A model generated the notes under the pieces. It had not been told where the DNA came from, made no database searches, and worked only from the letters and a program-made list of their open reading frames with translations. A DNA stretch of 56,371 nt, filler included, from Porpidia crustulata (taxonomy: Eukaryota), in assembly GCA_964255105.1 (NCBI GenBank). It is 4 parts of 4 records of this genome, joined end to end, with 100 filler letters (N's around TTAATTAATTAA, not from the genome) between each part and the next. Parts side by side here need not be neighbours in the genome. Positions count along the whole stretch, not along the records: positions 28,248 to 42,268 come from CAXUWE010000401.1; positions 42,369 to 56,371 come from CAXUWE010000402.1; 2 more parts are not named here. The stretch is one strand, 5' to 3'. This document shows positions 35,766 through 50,121 of this stretch, piece after piece; positions within the stretch are counted from its first letter, which is position 1; the number at the start of each line of letters is the position of its first letter. The translations under genes and the position numbers were made by a program.

Positions 35766-37733
35766 TCACCAAGCGCTCACCTCCGCAGGACCAGCATTCC
35801 AATCGCCTGAACCCATCGCTGCTGCTGGCGTTCCCCACTCACCATCGCCAGCAGGGGCATCAGTGCTGGCCTCGTTGTTATACCCTTCTCCTTCACCACC
35901 ATTCTCGTCCGCAACGGGCTGTTTGCAGCGCTTGACCGTGTGTCCCATTTCGCCGCAGTTGTTGCACTTGACTTTGGACCAGTCCTTGGGCTCCGGGCAG
36001 TCCCTAGTAAAATGACCCACCTCGTCGCAGTTGCGGCATTTGGACATTGCAGGGTTCTTAGGCTTGTCGCATTCTGCGCTCTTATGGCCATCCTCACCAC
36101 AATTGCGGCAGGCGTTACTAACGTTGGGACAGTCTTTGGCGAAGTGGCCCACTAGGGTGAATAAGTATGTACGCCCGCATTGCAGGATGAGAACGCCTAC
36201 CCTGTTCGCAGCGTTTGCATTCAACACCTTCAGCAGAACGAGGCTCAGGACATTCGGTAGACTGATGACCAGATTTCCTACTTTTCATCAGTCACTGTTG
36301 ATTTGATCAGCAATCCCTCTGTGACTTACTTGCAATTACGACAAGCGAAGCGATCGATTCGTTCCTTCGGGCAGTCGCGGGCACGATGACCAGCCTCATC
36401 ACAATTGACACACTTTACGCTTACACGGTCGATCTCACTGGCTTCCTCCGGACAGGCCCGCTGAGTATGCCCAAGTTCTGCACGAGTCAGCAATGGATTG
36501 AATCCACATTATAATGCTGCTAACCGTTGCAGCGATTGCATTTGGGTATGCCGCGTTCAAACGGCAGACCAGCATCTTTCAAGCGTTCAAGATTCTCCTC
36601 AGGCGATGATGGCCATCCCTCTGCGGCGTTTGCGCGAGGTGGCTTGGGGGCAAAAAAGAAGCCAACTCGATATTTCTTATTCAATTCGCCCTGGATGTTG
36701 ATAAGGGTAAAAGTAGGGGAAACTTCTTTCTCCTATGATGTTCATCAGCGAGATGCTTTCGTAGCTTCGGACAATGAATACCTGGGCGATTAAATAGGTT
36801 TTGAAGTTATTTGTACGGAACGCACGCTCAAGTGCATCGTACGTCGTGACTGGTACTGCCTTACAGTATACTTTGATAGCCTTCGTCATGATCAGTAGTT
36901 GTCTCGCAAGTGGCCATGGGTCCTCCCACCGCTTTGAGATCGTCGAGGTCTTTTTCATTGTCTGCAACTTCAATTGTGGCCCAGGCATCCTCAGGTCCCA
37001 TATCAGCGACCTCGGACATATCGAACGAGTGGTTATCTTTGCAGTCGATTGTAGCATGGCCTGCATTCTTGTTAGAAGGGCTTGCGTTTGGGCTGAGAAG
37101 ATAAGTGTTTCCCTTACCCTCTTTCTTGCAGTTGTTGCACTTTGAAGGGGGTTTATCTGGACAATCGCGAGCGACGTGGCCGACCTGCTCGCATAGACGG
37201 CATGTTCTATCGTCGACGCGCTCTTCGGTACATTCGGCTTTGGTATGTCTGGAATCTTTAGGTACATAGCTCCAGAAATTGCAGGTACGTCGCCTACCCT
37301 TCCTTCTTACAATTGAAACATGCAAATGCGGGCTTGTCAGGACAGTCGCGTGCAACATGACCTTCGGCATTACAGCTATTTGGGTAGTAGTCAGTTTCCG
37401 AAGTTGTCCATATTTTGAATGCAGAATACTTACATACGACATGTAAAATCGCCGTTGACGTTGGCATTTCCGTTGGTCATTTCATTGGCATCATTAGCCA
37501 TCCCAGTATCGTCTCCTCTGGTACCTCCATTGTTCCAGTCATTTGCAGCTCCTGCTCCGGCGTCCCAAGCTCCAGCTGAATAACAGGTCAGCAGACAGTA
37601 GCAGAACGAATCGAGTAAGTCAATGACATAAAGGCAGCGATGATGAGTTTAATACTCTGCACTTCTCTGGCTCGGAAACGATAGAGGAGTATCAATCTCT
37701 TCAAGACTCACTTGCTCCTTTGTCCCAGCTCAT
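35766..37733 (-). CDS. Multi-CCHC zinc-knuckle nucleic-acid-binding protein (CNBP/GIS2/CnjB-like), multi-exon
   Basis: Many CX2CX4HX4C units (CRLCEQVGHVARDC, CRNCGEDGHKSAEC, CRNCDEVGHFTRDC, CNNCGEMGHTVKRC), G/W-rich termini; start MSWDKG inferred. Confidence 0.88.
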
Positions 37734-39459
37734 GGTGCTTGCTCGATGTTTCGTTACCTGTGGTTCGCGTTAGTAATCACCATCAAGTCAATTCTCTTTA
37801 ATGTAGACATCAGGATACTTGTAAGCCTATGTCATGATGATTTCGTATTAGAGAGTCGACTGCGCTATCAACAAAGTGGCATGTTGATATTGACTCTTGA
37901 CTTTAAGGTCATGTCCACACACCTTGCATGGGCAAAGGCTTCTGAAGTGACTGGGTAAGAAAAGATTTTGCTTACTTCTTGGTCTCTTACGCCTTGAACG
38001 ATCACTGTCAGCTTCGTATTTCTCAGGTGATACTTGTGGATAGACACCAGTGATTGAAGAAAAGGCAGCTCTGAAATCGTCGGTTCCGGTAATCTTAGTG
38101 AGGCCAGGTATGGATATTTTCGTCCAATGTTTTGGTATTCACCCGTGCAGCTACAGCAATTCGAGAAGACGATGATGATCGACTCACTGTGCAGCAGTCC
38201 TGAACGGCAGATCCCAACTGTCCTGAGCGCCCTAATGTACGTGTTGAAGAGTGTGAGGTTTAAGGGCAGAGGTGGAAGAAGGTAAACGGAAGTGGAAGGC
38301 AATGGATTTACCTACATTCGTCTTGAGTAGTGAATGGCGAGATTGTGGGTCTAGCCCTATATTTTTACGACAAATTCTATGATGTCGTCCTCTCATAATC
38401 AGCCCTACCTCTATGTTCGCTTTCATCTCTATTCCAATATCCCATTCCCGAAGATATTCCTACCTGAAGCCTGCCGAACCATTCTCCACTTGCCTTCATC
38501 ATTATTTTATCACCCAGGATTACTGGGCAATCCAGGTTTCTGCTCAGTGGCTTCTTGACAGCATTCTTCCTCTCACTCACTCCACCCCAAGTGTAGTAGA
38601 TTCTCTTCTCTGCACCTCATTCATATATCACTACAAATCCACGCGTGAAATGAAAAGGAAATAGATCAAGGAGAGCTAGCTAGTGCCGCGAACCAGACCT
38701 ATGCAGAGCTGATAAATTAGCGGAAACTTCCTTTTATATAGATGATGTAGCCTCGTATCTTCAGCTCCTTATGCCTCCATCAGCGTATCGATCTTGATCC
38801 TAGATAAATATCTTGGAACAAATCTCCACTACGTACGACCAATCAACTCCGACCAATGCTTGGTATCTATCTATTTAGACCTCGTCCAGTCGCATGAGCT
38901 GTCTGCGTGTGTACAGAGAGCTTTGGTATATTTGGGCCTTTTTCACGGTAGGTGTCAGGATTGAGAGTGTAGCTGGATGGGTCTATATGATGGTCAGAAA
39001 ATCCCTCTCGGGGTTCAAGATGTTAGCGGTCTCACACTTGTAAGGTCTTACATTCGCGGCTGCCAAATCAAAGGTGGCATCTGGTTCGAGATATTTAGCC
39101 GGCGATCAGGATTTTCAGATTAAGATACCGCTTCAGGCGCTATTCTGTTGATTTCATCTTGAGAGTGGGACGGATACCGTGCGTTTCGGGGGCAATGGCG
39201 AGTGTGAACGGTTCGAAGAGTGAAGATGGCCCGATTTGCTCGAGCATATAGCCTGAGATTTGGCCCCGGCTGATAATCAAACTACTCAGAATATTTCGAT
39301 ACTAAATGTTTTCCTATCAACTGAGCAAGATTCTTTGAAGCAAATGTAGAATTCAACTATTCCAAAACTAGATCACATTAACGCTATACAGCAAAAACTC
39401 TATAAATACTTTTCCTATGATCGAATGCAGTGCCTGTGGTAGATGATCTTTCCCTCGCC

Positions 39460-41849
39460 TCACATACCCTTACTGTTCCATATGAGTTCACCAGTTTCCT
39501 TATCCCTCCTCGGCGCTTTGCCCCCGGTACCCCTGAATGCTGCCGTCAACTGCTTACTCCTGAAAGGGTTCACCACCCCTTGAACCGTGAATGATACCGC
39601 CGGCTGTTTGCTCATGGATTGTGCCACCGGCGCTTTACCTCCGGAATTCCCCAGTTGCCCTGCACCATCGTCAGAGCTCTGGATAATCTCCGCCAGCCCT
39701 CCACTCTCATCGGTGTCGTCAACCGCTACCCTCCCAGCCGTGTCCTCCCCTCGATACTGCGTGCTCAGCGCCTGCACTGCCTCCTCTGCGCGTCTCCAGA
39801 GCAACGCCACGCCATTGAGACATAATTGAACGCCTCCATCCGCTTCCACAAGGTTCCGAGCGTATTCCCCAACTATTTCTGACGCCCTGCGGAAGCCGTA
39901 GTTTTCCAAGTCTTCCTTACCGAACGCGTCAATCAAGGCTGCTGACTTGACGTGCGACGATACGAGTTCGGTGGACTTTTGCGAGGCGGTACAATGGAGG
40001 GCAACGAGGGCGGCAAGCTGGTCGGTTGTCTGGGTCCGAAGAGAGTCGTAGAGGGTTAATTGAGTTTCTTTGGCGACAAGTTGGTTGGTGAGATCTTTGA
40101 TCTTCTCAACAGCGCTCGAAAGTTTTCGTTCAATTTCGACAGCCTTGTCGTTGGCTTCGAGCGCGCGGGCCTTCGTCTCAATTTCTTTGATCTTCCCTTC
40201 GAGTTCTTCACTTTGGCTTTCAATTTTCCTCTCTTTGTCTTTGATTTCCCTGTCCTTGCCTTCGAGTTTTCTGTCTTTTTCTTCGATTTCCCGATCTCTA
40301 CCTTCGAGTTTCCTGTCTTTGTCTTCGAGCTGCCTTTCCTTGACTTCGATGGCTTTGGCATGGGCTTCTACCGCCACTTTGAGATCGTCGGCATATTTCT
40401 GACTGGCCTCTTGAAGTTTGGTGTCTGCGTCGTTGACTCGCCTGGTGGCTCTTTTGAGCGCTGCTTCGTAGGTCTCTTTGCGAGAAGCTTTCTCCGATTC
40501 ATAAACCGCCGACGAGCGTTTCCAGTCCTCTTGTAATTTTGCCACGGATTCATGCAAAAGGGAAAAGTCGGGTGATTTGCAGCTATTAAGCATTCTCAAA
40601 GAGGCAGCTGAGTCGGTGGGGACGATATTAAAGGTCTCGGATGGTTCGGTTGAGTACCTTCGTCGCTTACTAACGTGCGAAGACGATAGTGATTCAAGCT
40701 CGGAGTCATGGGCGGGGGCAGAGCGTTTAGCAGCTTCTCCTTCTGCTGGCCTGGAATCGGTTTCAACGGGCTTGTTAGATTCAATAGGAATAGGGTCAGA
40801 ATCGACGTTTGAGGGCGCCGGATCAACTCGATCCGCAGGTCGTGAGCCCAGATTGGGGAATATAGCTTTTCTTAAAGTTCGAGCACATCTTGGTTCACTT
40901 TGGCCAGTAAGACGTTTTGATACATTCGCGATTTTTTGATGTCTTGGTGCTTTGACCCCAGCATCACGGCCTGAACTTTTGATTATGCCACCTTGTTTTG
41001 CATACACTCTATTTTCACTTGCATAATAATGTTCTAAGGCTCTAGTAGTAGGCCCTAAAAGAGTAATGCTCTGATCAATGTCAGAAATTGAAAATAAGAA
41101 TTCTTCAGAGGGATTCAGTACCGTCTTTGGCACAACCACGTCCACCGCCGGCCCTTCCCCCTCGGGAAGGTCACTATCTCTAGGAGGAGGGATACCTTCA
41201 TACTCATTTTCCTCCTTTTCTTCTTCTTCTGCTTCTTCTTCATCATCTAGATTCATCTCTGATGGCAGGTCCGAGTCTAAATCGTCGTCAATGCTTTGTG
41301 GCCGCGGGCGGTTTACAGTAGCCCATTTGTGACCGCGACTTGCTCCTCGCTGTTTCCGGCCGCCACGCCTACTCGGCGTAGCAACAGAATCACCCTATAA
41401 CAGATCAGGGAAAATCATATTTGTGTGGGCACTTCATGGTTATGGGTATACCTCTCCATTCTGCCTTCTCATCACCTTGAACATGGTCAGCTTGCTGGGA
41501 ATTTGCATTGGTATGGAATCCATTACGAACCGAATACTGTTGCTGCATCGCACCCCGAGTTCGGGTTGGATAGTCCTAGTGTACATTGGTCACTAAGAAG
41601 GAAAGCTGATGACTAGTCCCACTCACTTTACAAATGGTCTCCCATTCTTCTCCATTGCGGCGTCGGTTGTAGATGTCCTCCCGAGCCTTGAAGGACCAAA
41701 ATTTCGAATTTGCAGATCGGGCTCCATCCGGAGATAAACCCAAGGTAGCGCCCTTGAGACCTCTCCGGCTCTTATGTTTACCTTTCTGCACCAGATCAAC
41801 AGCCCGAATTACGGATACACGGAACCTCCCAATGGGGGTAGCTTACCAT
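39460..41849 (-). CDS. Predicted nuclear protein: N-terminal Myb/SANT-like motif, acidic tract, coiled coil, H3-tail-like C-terminus
   Basis: ATG-only coding exon (41847-41849), introns 41786-41846 and 41576-41626 yield FWSFKAREDIYNRRRNGEEWETICK-DYPTRTRGAMQQQYS; long last exon with a 598-aa ORF. Exon structure 41400-41530 uncertain. Confidence 0.7.
40195..40340 (-). repeat. Degenerate 21-bp (heptad) coding tandem repeat
   Basis: LEDKDRK-LEGRDRE-IEEKDRK-LEGKDRE-IKDKERK-IESQSEE-LEGK. Confidence 0.75.
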
Positions 41850-42268
41850 GGTCGAGGACAGCTTGTGTTTGAAGAGAACCATTGACCTGAGTGCCTGTCA
41901 AGTGGCACGGGATATTAATTGAAGATTGATGGAAATGGATGATTTAGGAATATCTGTTCCTTTGTAAAATATTGCGCTTCCTTTAGAATCATTCGACTAG
42001 ACGGATGTCAGGAAAAGACGTTTTAACAGCTACTCATAGGAGCGTGCGACATTTCCTTTGCACCAAAGTGAGATCGGATAGATGATAAATGTCGTGGAAG
42101 CAGATTATAACATATTTAGAAGATTGGCGTCATAGGCCAGCGAGCAATTAGACAACAAAGGTAGTTGATAGAGTAGGAGAATAGTAAAAAATCCGAATAG
42201 AATGATTGAAAGAAAATAAAAATGAAATGAAGATGCGAATCAGAATCAGAAGGAAAGGGGGGGGTTGG

Positions 42269-42368
42269 NNNNNNNNNNNNNNNNNNNNNNNNNNNNNNNN
42301 NNNNNNNNNNNNTTAATTAATTAANNNNNNNNNNNNNNNNNNNNNNNNNNNNNNNNNNNNNNNNNNNN
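42269..42368. other. Artificial contig-joining spacer
   Basis: N44-TTAATTAATTAA-N44. Confidence 0.98.
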
Positions 42369-43620
42369 CCCCCGGACCCCCCAGCCAAGCATAACTCTCC
42401 CAAGTGGTCCCGCTTCCGAAATGTGCATCAATCTGATACATATCCGGATCCGAATTGCCTGCCCCTCCATTGTAATCCACTAAGCCCCCCGCCGCGTTGT
42501 TCTGGAATTGTAGGTTCCTCATGTAGGCCACATTTCCCGCGTCGTTCGGCCCGGGGAATAGTCCACTGCCCATATCCGTCGTCGTCCTGCCTTCAGAATC
42601 ATAAACTTCGCCCCACCATCCGATGGCGTCCGCATGATCAGGGAATGCGGATGCTTCGTGTCCGGCACTGGTGTAGAGGGTCCCAGGGTAGTAGCCTATC
42701 CAGCTATTCTGGACGTTGACCCACCAGTTCCCTTGGTACTGCTGAACTTTGATGCTGATTTCCTCCTGGGAGCCGCCGGGGACGCTGTAAGGGGTGAAGG
42801 TACTCCCTGGGAAGATGGTCGTGCTGACTTGGACCCAACCTGCGACGTCGCGGTTGTAGCCGCCGAGGTTGTCGCCTTGCTGCTGATAGCCGTTGGTCGT
42901 AAAGTAGGTGAACAGATGGGGAGAGAAGTCACCACCAATTTCTTGGTAGACTTGCCAGCCGACTTCGACAGTTTGATAGTACCCGAGGGAGGTACCGAGG
43001 CAGCCGATCTGGAGGAGGGAGAAGTCGTTGGAGGACTGGACGTAGGGGGAGTAGCCGGATATAACGCCTTGTCCGCCGAAGTTGAGGACTGTTTGCTGGG
43101 AGTTGGCATAGCGATGGACGCCGGTGGCCGCGGGAGCTAGCATATTTGTCGAAGTCGCCTCATTGCCTTTGGCCTTGGATAGATACATGTCCAGGCTCTG
43201 CGTGAATCCTAGCTTTTCGAGGTTCTTGCGCAGGATTGGAACAGTTCCTTCAGGACCTTTCTCAACTCCCTCCATTGCCAGCTCAGGGGTGGCCTTGGAT
43301 GCTTTGTGTCGTGGGTCCTGCAATTCCAGGGCTGTCACAGCGGGTGGTGGCGCCGCGGCAATGCTTCCTTGTGAGCCGATGGGAATCCAATCGATGACAT
43401 GGCCCTTGGGTGTCGTTGTGGTCTTTACGATGGTCAAAGCATCTTGCTGGCGCTGGAAGTGTACAGTGATCTCCTTCTTGTTCTGCTCGTAATTGACATC
43501 TTTCTTTTGCAGTGGTTTTGTAGGAGCCTTGACGTTCATGCGGCGGTTGGGGTGTGGAATAGGTCCATATGTAGGTGCTTTTGAGCCACGTAGCAGATGT
43601 GTTAAAGAAACAAGCTTCAT
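42369..43620 (-). CDS. Neprosin-family glutamic peptidase (pro-domain + catalytic domain); stop codon lost at contig edge
   Basis: Pro-peptide IVKTTTTPKGHVIDWIP...PEGTVPILR; catalytic region FSLLQI, TVEVGWQV, PHLFTYFT, GYN, GNWW....WIGYYP, WWGEV, TDMGSG.FP, AYMRN, terminal LGGPG. Confidence 0.85.
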
Positions 43621-44818
43621 TATAACGCAATTTATGTTAAAGATAAGGAAGTTACTAGAAAATCCCTCAAATTTGAAAGTTTCTTTGGAGTTTTTGATCT
43701 AGGTAAGTGGTCGAGTCTGTTGTAATTATATAATGTCTCCTCCGAGGTCAGCTATTTGCTTCGACGGTGTCAAGTGTAAGCACAGCATGTTCTGACTGTA
43801 TCGTGCTCTCCGAGGACTGCAAATTGCAACCACATTTCCATTGATAAACCGGGGGTTTAATCACGAGTACGTCAGCGACACCATGTAGAATAACGATGTA
43901 AGGAATGTGATGGAGCCGTTTCTTCTTCATGTTGCAAATCAGAGCACTTGACAAATGTCAGGCATAACTTTATATTTATCGATAGTAATGATATTGGAGG
44001 CTTCATAGGTGCTCAAATTCTCCGTTATTTAGCTCCTAGATTTAGCTTTCGTTCGGATCATCCACTGACCGTGCACAGCTATGGATTTGTCAGTAATCAT
44101 TTGGATCAATACCGGGGAAGAGAACATGGGCTGGCATCAAGGTCAGCTTCCACTGTCAGAAGCCGCTGGTCACTTTCGTATCTTCAAGATTCTTCTTACG
44201 AGGAAGCTGCTAATATACAAGATAAGGAGAGGACTGTGGTGACAGCTTTTTTGAAAATTGGACCATGAACGAAAATGAGGAAGCCATTTTGCGAATCCAT
44301 GTTGTGCGGCTTGGATCAGGCGGGCCACATAGTAGGGAGTCTTGTGCCGTCGTGTTGTATCATGGTCATCACGAGGTCTATAATGGACATGAACATCTGT
44401 CGGACTGTCGGGTAGTAATTTAGACAGACACCTTGACCGACTGGGTGAACTTAGCAGAGTCGAATTGATCATCGTGAGTGTTACAATTGCACTGCGAGAT
44501 TGTCACACTGTGTTCTCCAACCGTCGAGGATGTTAATCAGGTCTACCGTATCCGGTTTGTTCAGCATGACACTGCGCTATACTCGATTCGGCCATCATAA
44601 CATCCATTTCCATCTCAGCTTCCAATCCATCGAACACCTAAGGTATATTTTCGGAGGTTTCAGGCCCACGAAATCAATTTCAAATGAGCATGGTACGCAT
44701 GAACGCTTTTAATGGATCAATTTTCGACACCGCACTGACCAGGTCTTTGATGTAAAGTCTATCCACAAAGCTGCTATTCTATGTACATGGGAATTAGAAC
44801 GTTGGTGCATTTTGATGT

Positions 44819-46473
<1,655 letters not shown>

Positions 46474-48282
46474 TTATTGCAGCCTAATGCTGACTGTCAG
46501 TATATAAGTATCAGATCTCCTAAGTGTATCGTATTACAATTCAAGGTGCGCGACAAGACGTTGGAAGATGATCTGCTACCCGCGAATTCCATCTGTGATG
46601 ACGTTTGATATCTCGAGTCAACGATCATCATATCATCTTTAGGGTTTAACCCCACCATACTTATTCTCCATGAATTAAAGGCAAGCCAGCACTTCGACAG
46701 CATTGTAGATAGAATGGTATGGCTACTTGAAGCTGTTGGAAGAATGAGTATCGAAGCAATGATAGAGTATCCGACATCATTAGGGAGTAAAAAGGGGCCA
46801 GTTTGGACCGATCCGTCGATGAATGCGCTCTTGCCTAGAGATATATCAAGCCTCATTTATCTTGACGCGCAATGTCTATTGCAAAATGTACGGGTGGATC
46901 TATCTACAGCTTCTGCCTAATTCTCAATGACACGTGCGGTGTGCTTGACACTACCTACCTTACTTACCAATACAATAGGTCCCATACTGGGAAGGAAAAG
47001 ACTGATAGGTACAGGGAGTGATTCTCAAACCGTTTATCACCTTCGGCCCACCCTGTCGATGCCGTTGCGGCCGTGACTTCCTTAGATATATAAGCAGGCC
47101 GGCTCGGTCCTCGGCGTTTACCTTCCAAATCCGTGACAATGGCCACGGATTGTCCATCGCCCCCGTTGTGGCAATGTAATGCCTTTGTGGCACCTCAAGG
47201 GCACGGCTTGCACTTGAGCAGCTTTCTAGCCCACGTAAGGCCTCTTCTCCCTGAGACTGCATTCTTTCTCCTACGAAGCGTGATGCCATCCTCATACTTT
47301 CCAAGCCAACCCCCATCTCACCACTCTAACCATGTCGGACCAAGTGAAGCGGTTTGACACTCTCGTCAAGGACTCGGACTTCCTCCTTGTCGTTTGTACG
47401 CCACTCAGGCTTGCAGTCAGAGGCTCATTTGCGCGGAGTGGCGTCTAACGGTAGATTTCCGTAGTCATTGACGTCCCTTCCGCATATCCCACCTGCGTCA
47501 ACTCTAAGCGTGGTCGGGGGGAATTGCCGCTGCTCATAGAAATTCACTGATTATGACGGCTGAGCCGAAGTCGAAGCTCCCAGCAACGCGTTCTGCGTCG
47601 GGATACACTGGCGAGGCAATCGAGGACCCGCTGAATGTCCTCGTCGGATATCTCAAGGTACATGATGTACTTGACGTCGCGATTCCAAGCAGGAGTGGCT
47701 ATTAGAGCGGGATGGCGCAGCCGGCGGTCTTGGTAATGAAGAAAGACGGGATCGTTCTTTTCAATTGGGCTATTGTTCCTGGTTTGGTGCGATTCCCGAC
47801 CATTCGCATGACAAGTACAAGATACTAACTCCATGTAGATGAACCTTGGCGGAGCCAAGGGTTGGTCAGCGCTGAAAGAAGTCTGGGAAAACGTAGCCGC
47901 ACTCCGCAAGTGCACGATAAGTGTTCGTTGCTCAGTATTAGCAGAGTATTGAAAGAGAAGCTATTTGGTTGATGCGAGTTGTCCCGATTGGCTCATGTGT
48001 GGCTATCTTCAAATTAAAACCCACTATTGTTTTTCGGAATTTCTCAACTTAAAATTTCAAGATTGAGTAGGTTGATTCTTTGAGGGAAGGATTTGATTGT
48101 ATAAGCTGGGTCTAAAATCGCCCTTGAAACCCTAGTCATAATTGCCTGCGCTTTCCTGGCCGGAAAGAGTACATGAAGTCGTGTGATAGGTGGACTTGAC
48201 GTGATATATCTTGAACATCTTATCCCAGCGAAACGGGGTCCGATGGCATTCGAGGAAGATTTCTATATGTAACTCCAGGTCT

Positions 48283-50121
48283 CTAGGGGCTTTCTTTTTC
48301 GCCTATTTCCTGATCATCGTGGGTTCGAGGCCACAAGATCCTCCGTAATATGTGCTTCACGGTCTCTGCCTCGCCCGAGTCAGGGTGCCACCTCGTTATG
48401 AGCTCTTCCCATATTTCTAAGGTCCTTTGCCTCCCACAGCATTTTCCAAATGCCCTTATGACCCAGATTACCATCCATTTCATGACATGTACATCTTGCT
48501 GCTCTACCTCTAACACTGATTGCAAAGAGCTCCATACGCTTTCTAGCCGTATTTTTGTCCACGAGGTATATCGCATTCCTCCGTGATAGGCAAAGCCCTT
48601 GAATAGCTTCACAAATATGTGGCCGCGTATTGGAATACCTAGTATGTGCATCTCATCTATGAGGGCAGCGATGCGTCGCAACTCTCCAGTCTGAGTAGCG
48701 TGATGTTCTATAAGTATAGCAAAGGTATGCACGTCCGGCCCAAGGTACTGCTCGTTGCGTATGCGCTGGATTTCCACAGTGTCTTTATTGTAATTTACCG
48801 TTGCTCTGTCAAGAGCGCGACCAAGCTCCCTTGTACGCTTCCAATCCATCAGGGGCACCACGACCCCGGTTTTCTTCGAGAGCATCTGCTTCATTCGCTC
48901 AAAAACCTGCTCGGCTGATGGAAGTTCACCGGCCTGAATAAGTGATGCGACCACGCAATTCATAACAACAGTATCAACAATACCCCCAGACTCAACAAAG
49001 TCTCGGTAGGCCAGCCTCACACCCTGCCCGTCCCCTTTGAGTCCGTGGTAGTAGATAAAGCCCACTCTTGCAAACCGATTAACCCGAAGTCTGCGGGCGT
49101 CCATCTCCTTTAGAATCATCTCCGCGAGGACAAATTTGCCAGCTTTGGCTGCAATATCGAAGAGAATATTGAAAGTGACTTTCCCACTTTGAACACCAGC
49201 TTCCTGCTCCATTTCCTTCCAAGTATGGAGGGCTACCTCAATATCAGCAGCTTCAACCCTTACAAAACATCGTCCCGCGTATGCTATTGCGCTATTCCAT
49301 TCGGCCTCCGTCAGGGGTAGACCGGCTGCTTTCATATCGTCCACAACCGAGAGATAGCGGAGCATCGCCTCCTTTGTTTTCCTCTCAATGACAGAGAGTC
49401 GCCGTAACAGCAGGCGGCGGATCTTATAGGTGAGATGGGTGATTCTAGGGGGGGGTATCGCAGAGTAGGCTCCATAGATTGCTTCATGTGAACTATCCTC
49501 ATCTCGTAATGTGACTTGGAGATTCTCGATAGCACTCTTCTCAACATGCGAGCTATCTCCCAAATTTTGCATAAGCTCCGGAGAATTCCTATCTTCGCGG
49601 CGCTCGAGGTAAGGAATACGTTCAACTGTGTGCAGCTGTTCCACTTCTATGTTCCGGGCTAGGGTGCTGTAACATTCCTGGTGGAACGGATAGTAATCAA
49701 CCATTTGTAAACTCTCTTCGCGAGAGATTATAGCTTCAACAGGCTGGGTTCGAGTATGGGCCAACGGAGATGAGGAATGGAATCTCCGAGCCTGCCCCAC
49801 CGTGTATTGGTAATGCCTTCGGCGGGCTTTATGGTATGTATACGCAGAAGTTGAGACAGATCCCTCTGGAGATGGGAGACGGGTATGTTGTCGACATGAG
49901 GCTGCCTGCACTAGAGCATTGACGAAGATGCTCTCCATCTGATGTAATGCAACGCGCGTAGCTGTCGGCTTTGACCTGAGTTTGTTGTAGTCTTGGTGAT
50001 GAGGTTTCTTGCAAGTTGCCCCAATAGCGAAATAGATGAACGGTTGCGCGAAAGCGTATAATGGAAATAGGACGTTCAAGATATGAGGAGAATGGCCTCT
50101 TGCAACATTGGTGCTACTCAT
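48283..50121 (-). CDS. Pentatricopeptide-repeat (PPR) protein, probably mitochondrial
   Basis: Tandem PPR-like units (EWNSAIAYAG, VTFNILFDIAAKAGKFVLAEMILKEM, VVMNCVVASLIQAGELPSAEQVFERM, PDVHTFAILI). Start at 50121 or 49938. Confidence 0.85.
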   Translation of the reverse strand: MSSTNVARGHSPHILNVLFPLYAFAQPFIYFAIGATCKKPHHQDYNKLRSKPTATRVALHQMESIFVNALVQAASCRQHTRLPSPEGSVSTSAYTYHKARRRHYQYTVGQARRFHSSSPLAHTRTQPVEAIISREESLQMVDYYPFHQECYSTLARNIEVEQLHTVERIPYLERREDRNSPELMQNLGDSSHVEKSAIENLQVTLRDEDSSHEAIYGAYSAIPPPRITHLTYKIRRLLLRRLSVIERKTKEAMLRYLSVVDDMKAAGLPLTEAEWNSAIAYAGRCFVRVEAADIEVALHTWKEMEQEAGVQSGKVTFNILFDIAAKAGKFVLAEMILKEMDARRLRVNRFARVGFIYYHGLKGDGQGVRLAYRDFVESGGIVDTVVMNCVVASLIQAGELPSAEQVFERMKQMLSKKTGVVVPLMDWKRTRELGRALDRATVNYNKDTVEIQRIRNEQYLGPDVHTFAILIEHHATQTGELRRIAALIDEMHILGIPIRGHIFVKLFKGFAYHGGMRYTSWTKIRLESVWSSLQSVLEVEQQDVHVMKWMVIWVIRAFGKCCGRQRTLEIWEELITRWHPDSGEAETVKHILRRILWPRTHDDQEIGEKESP

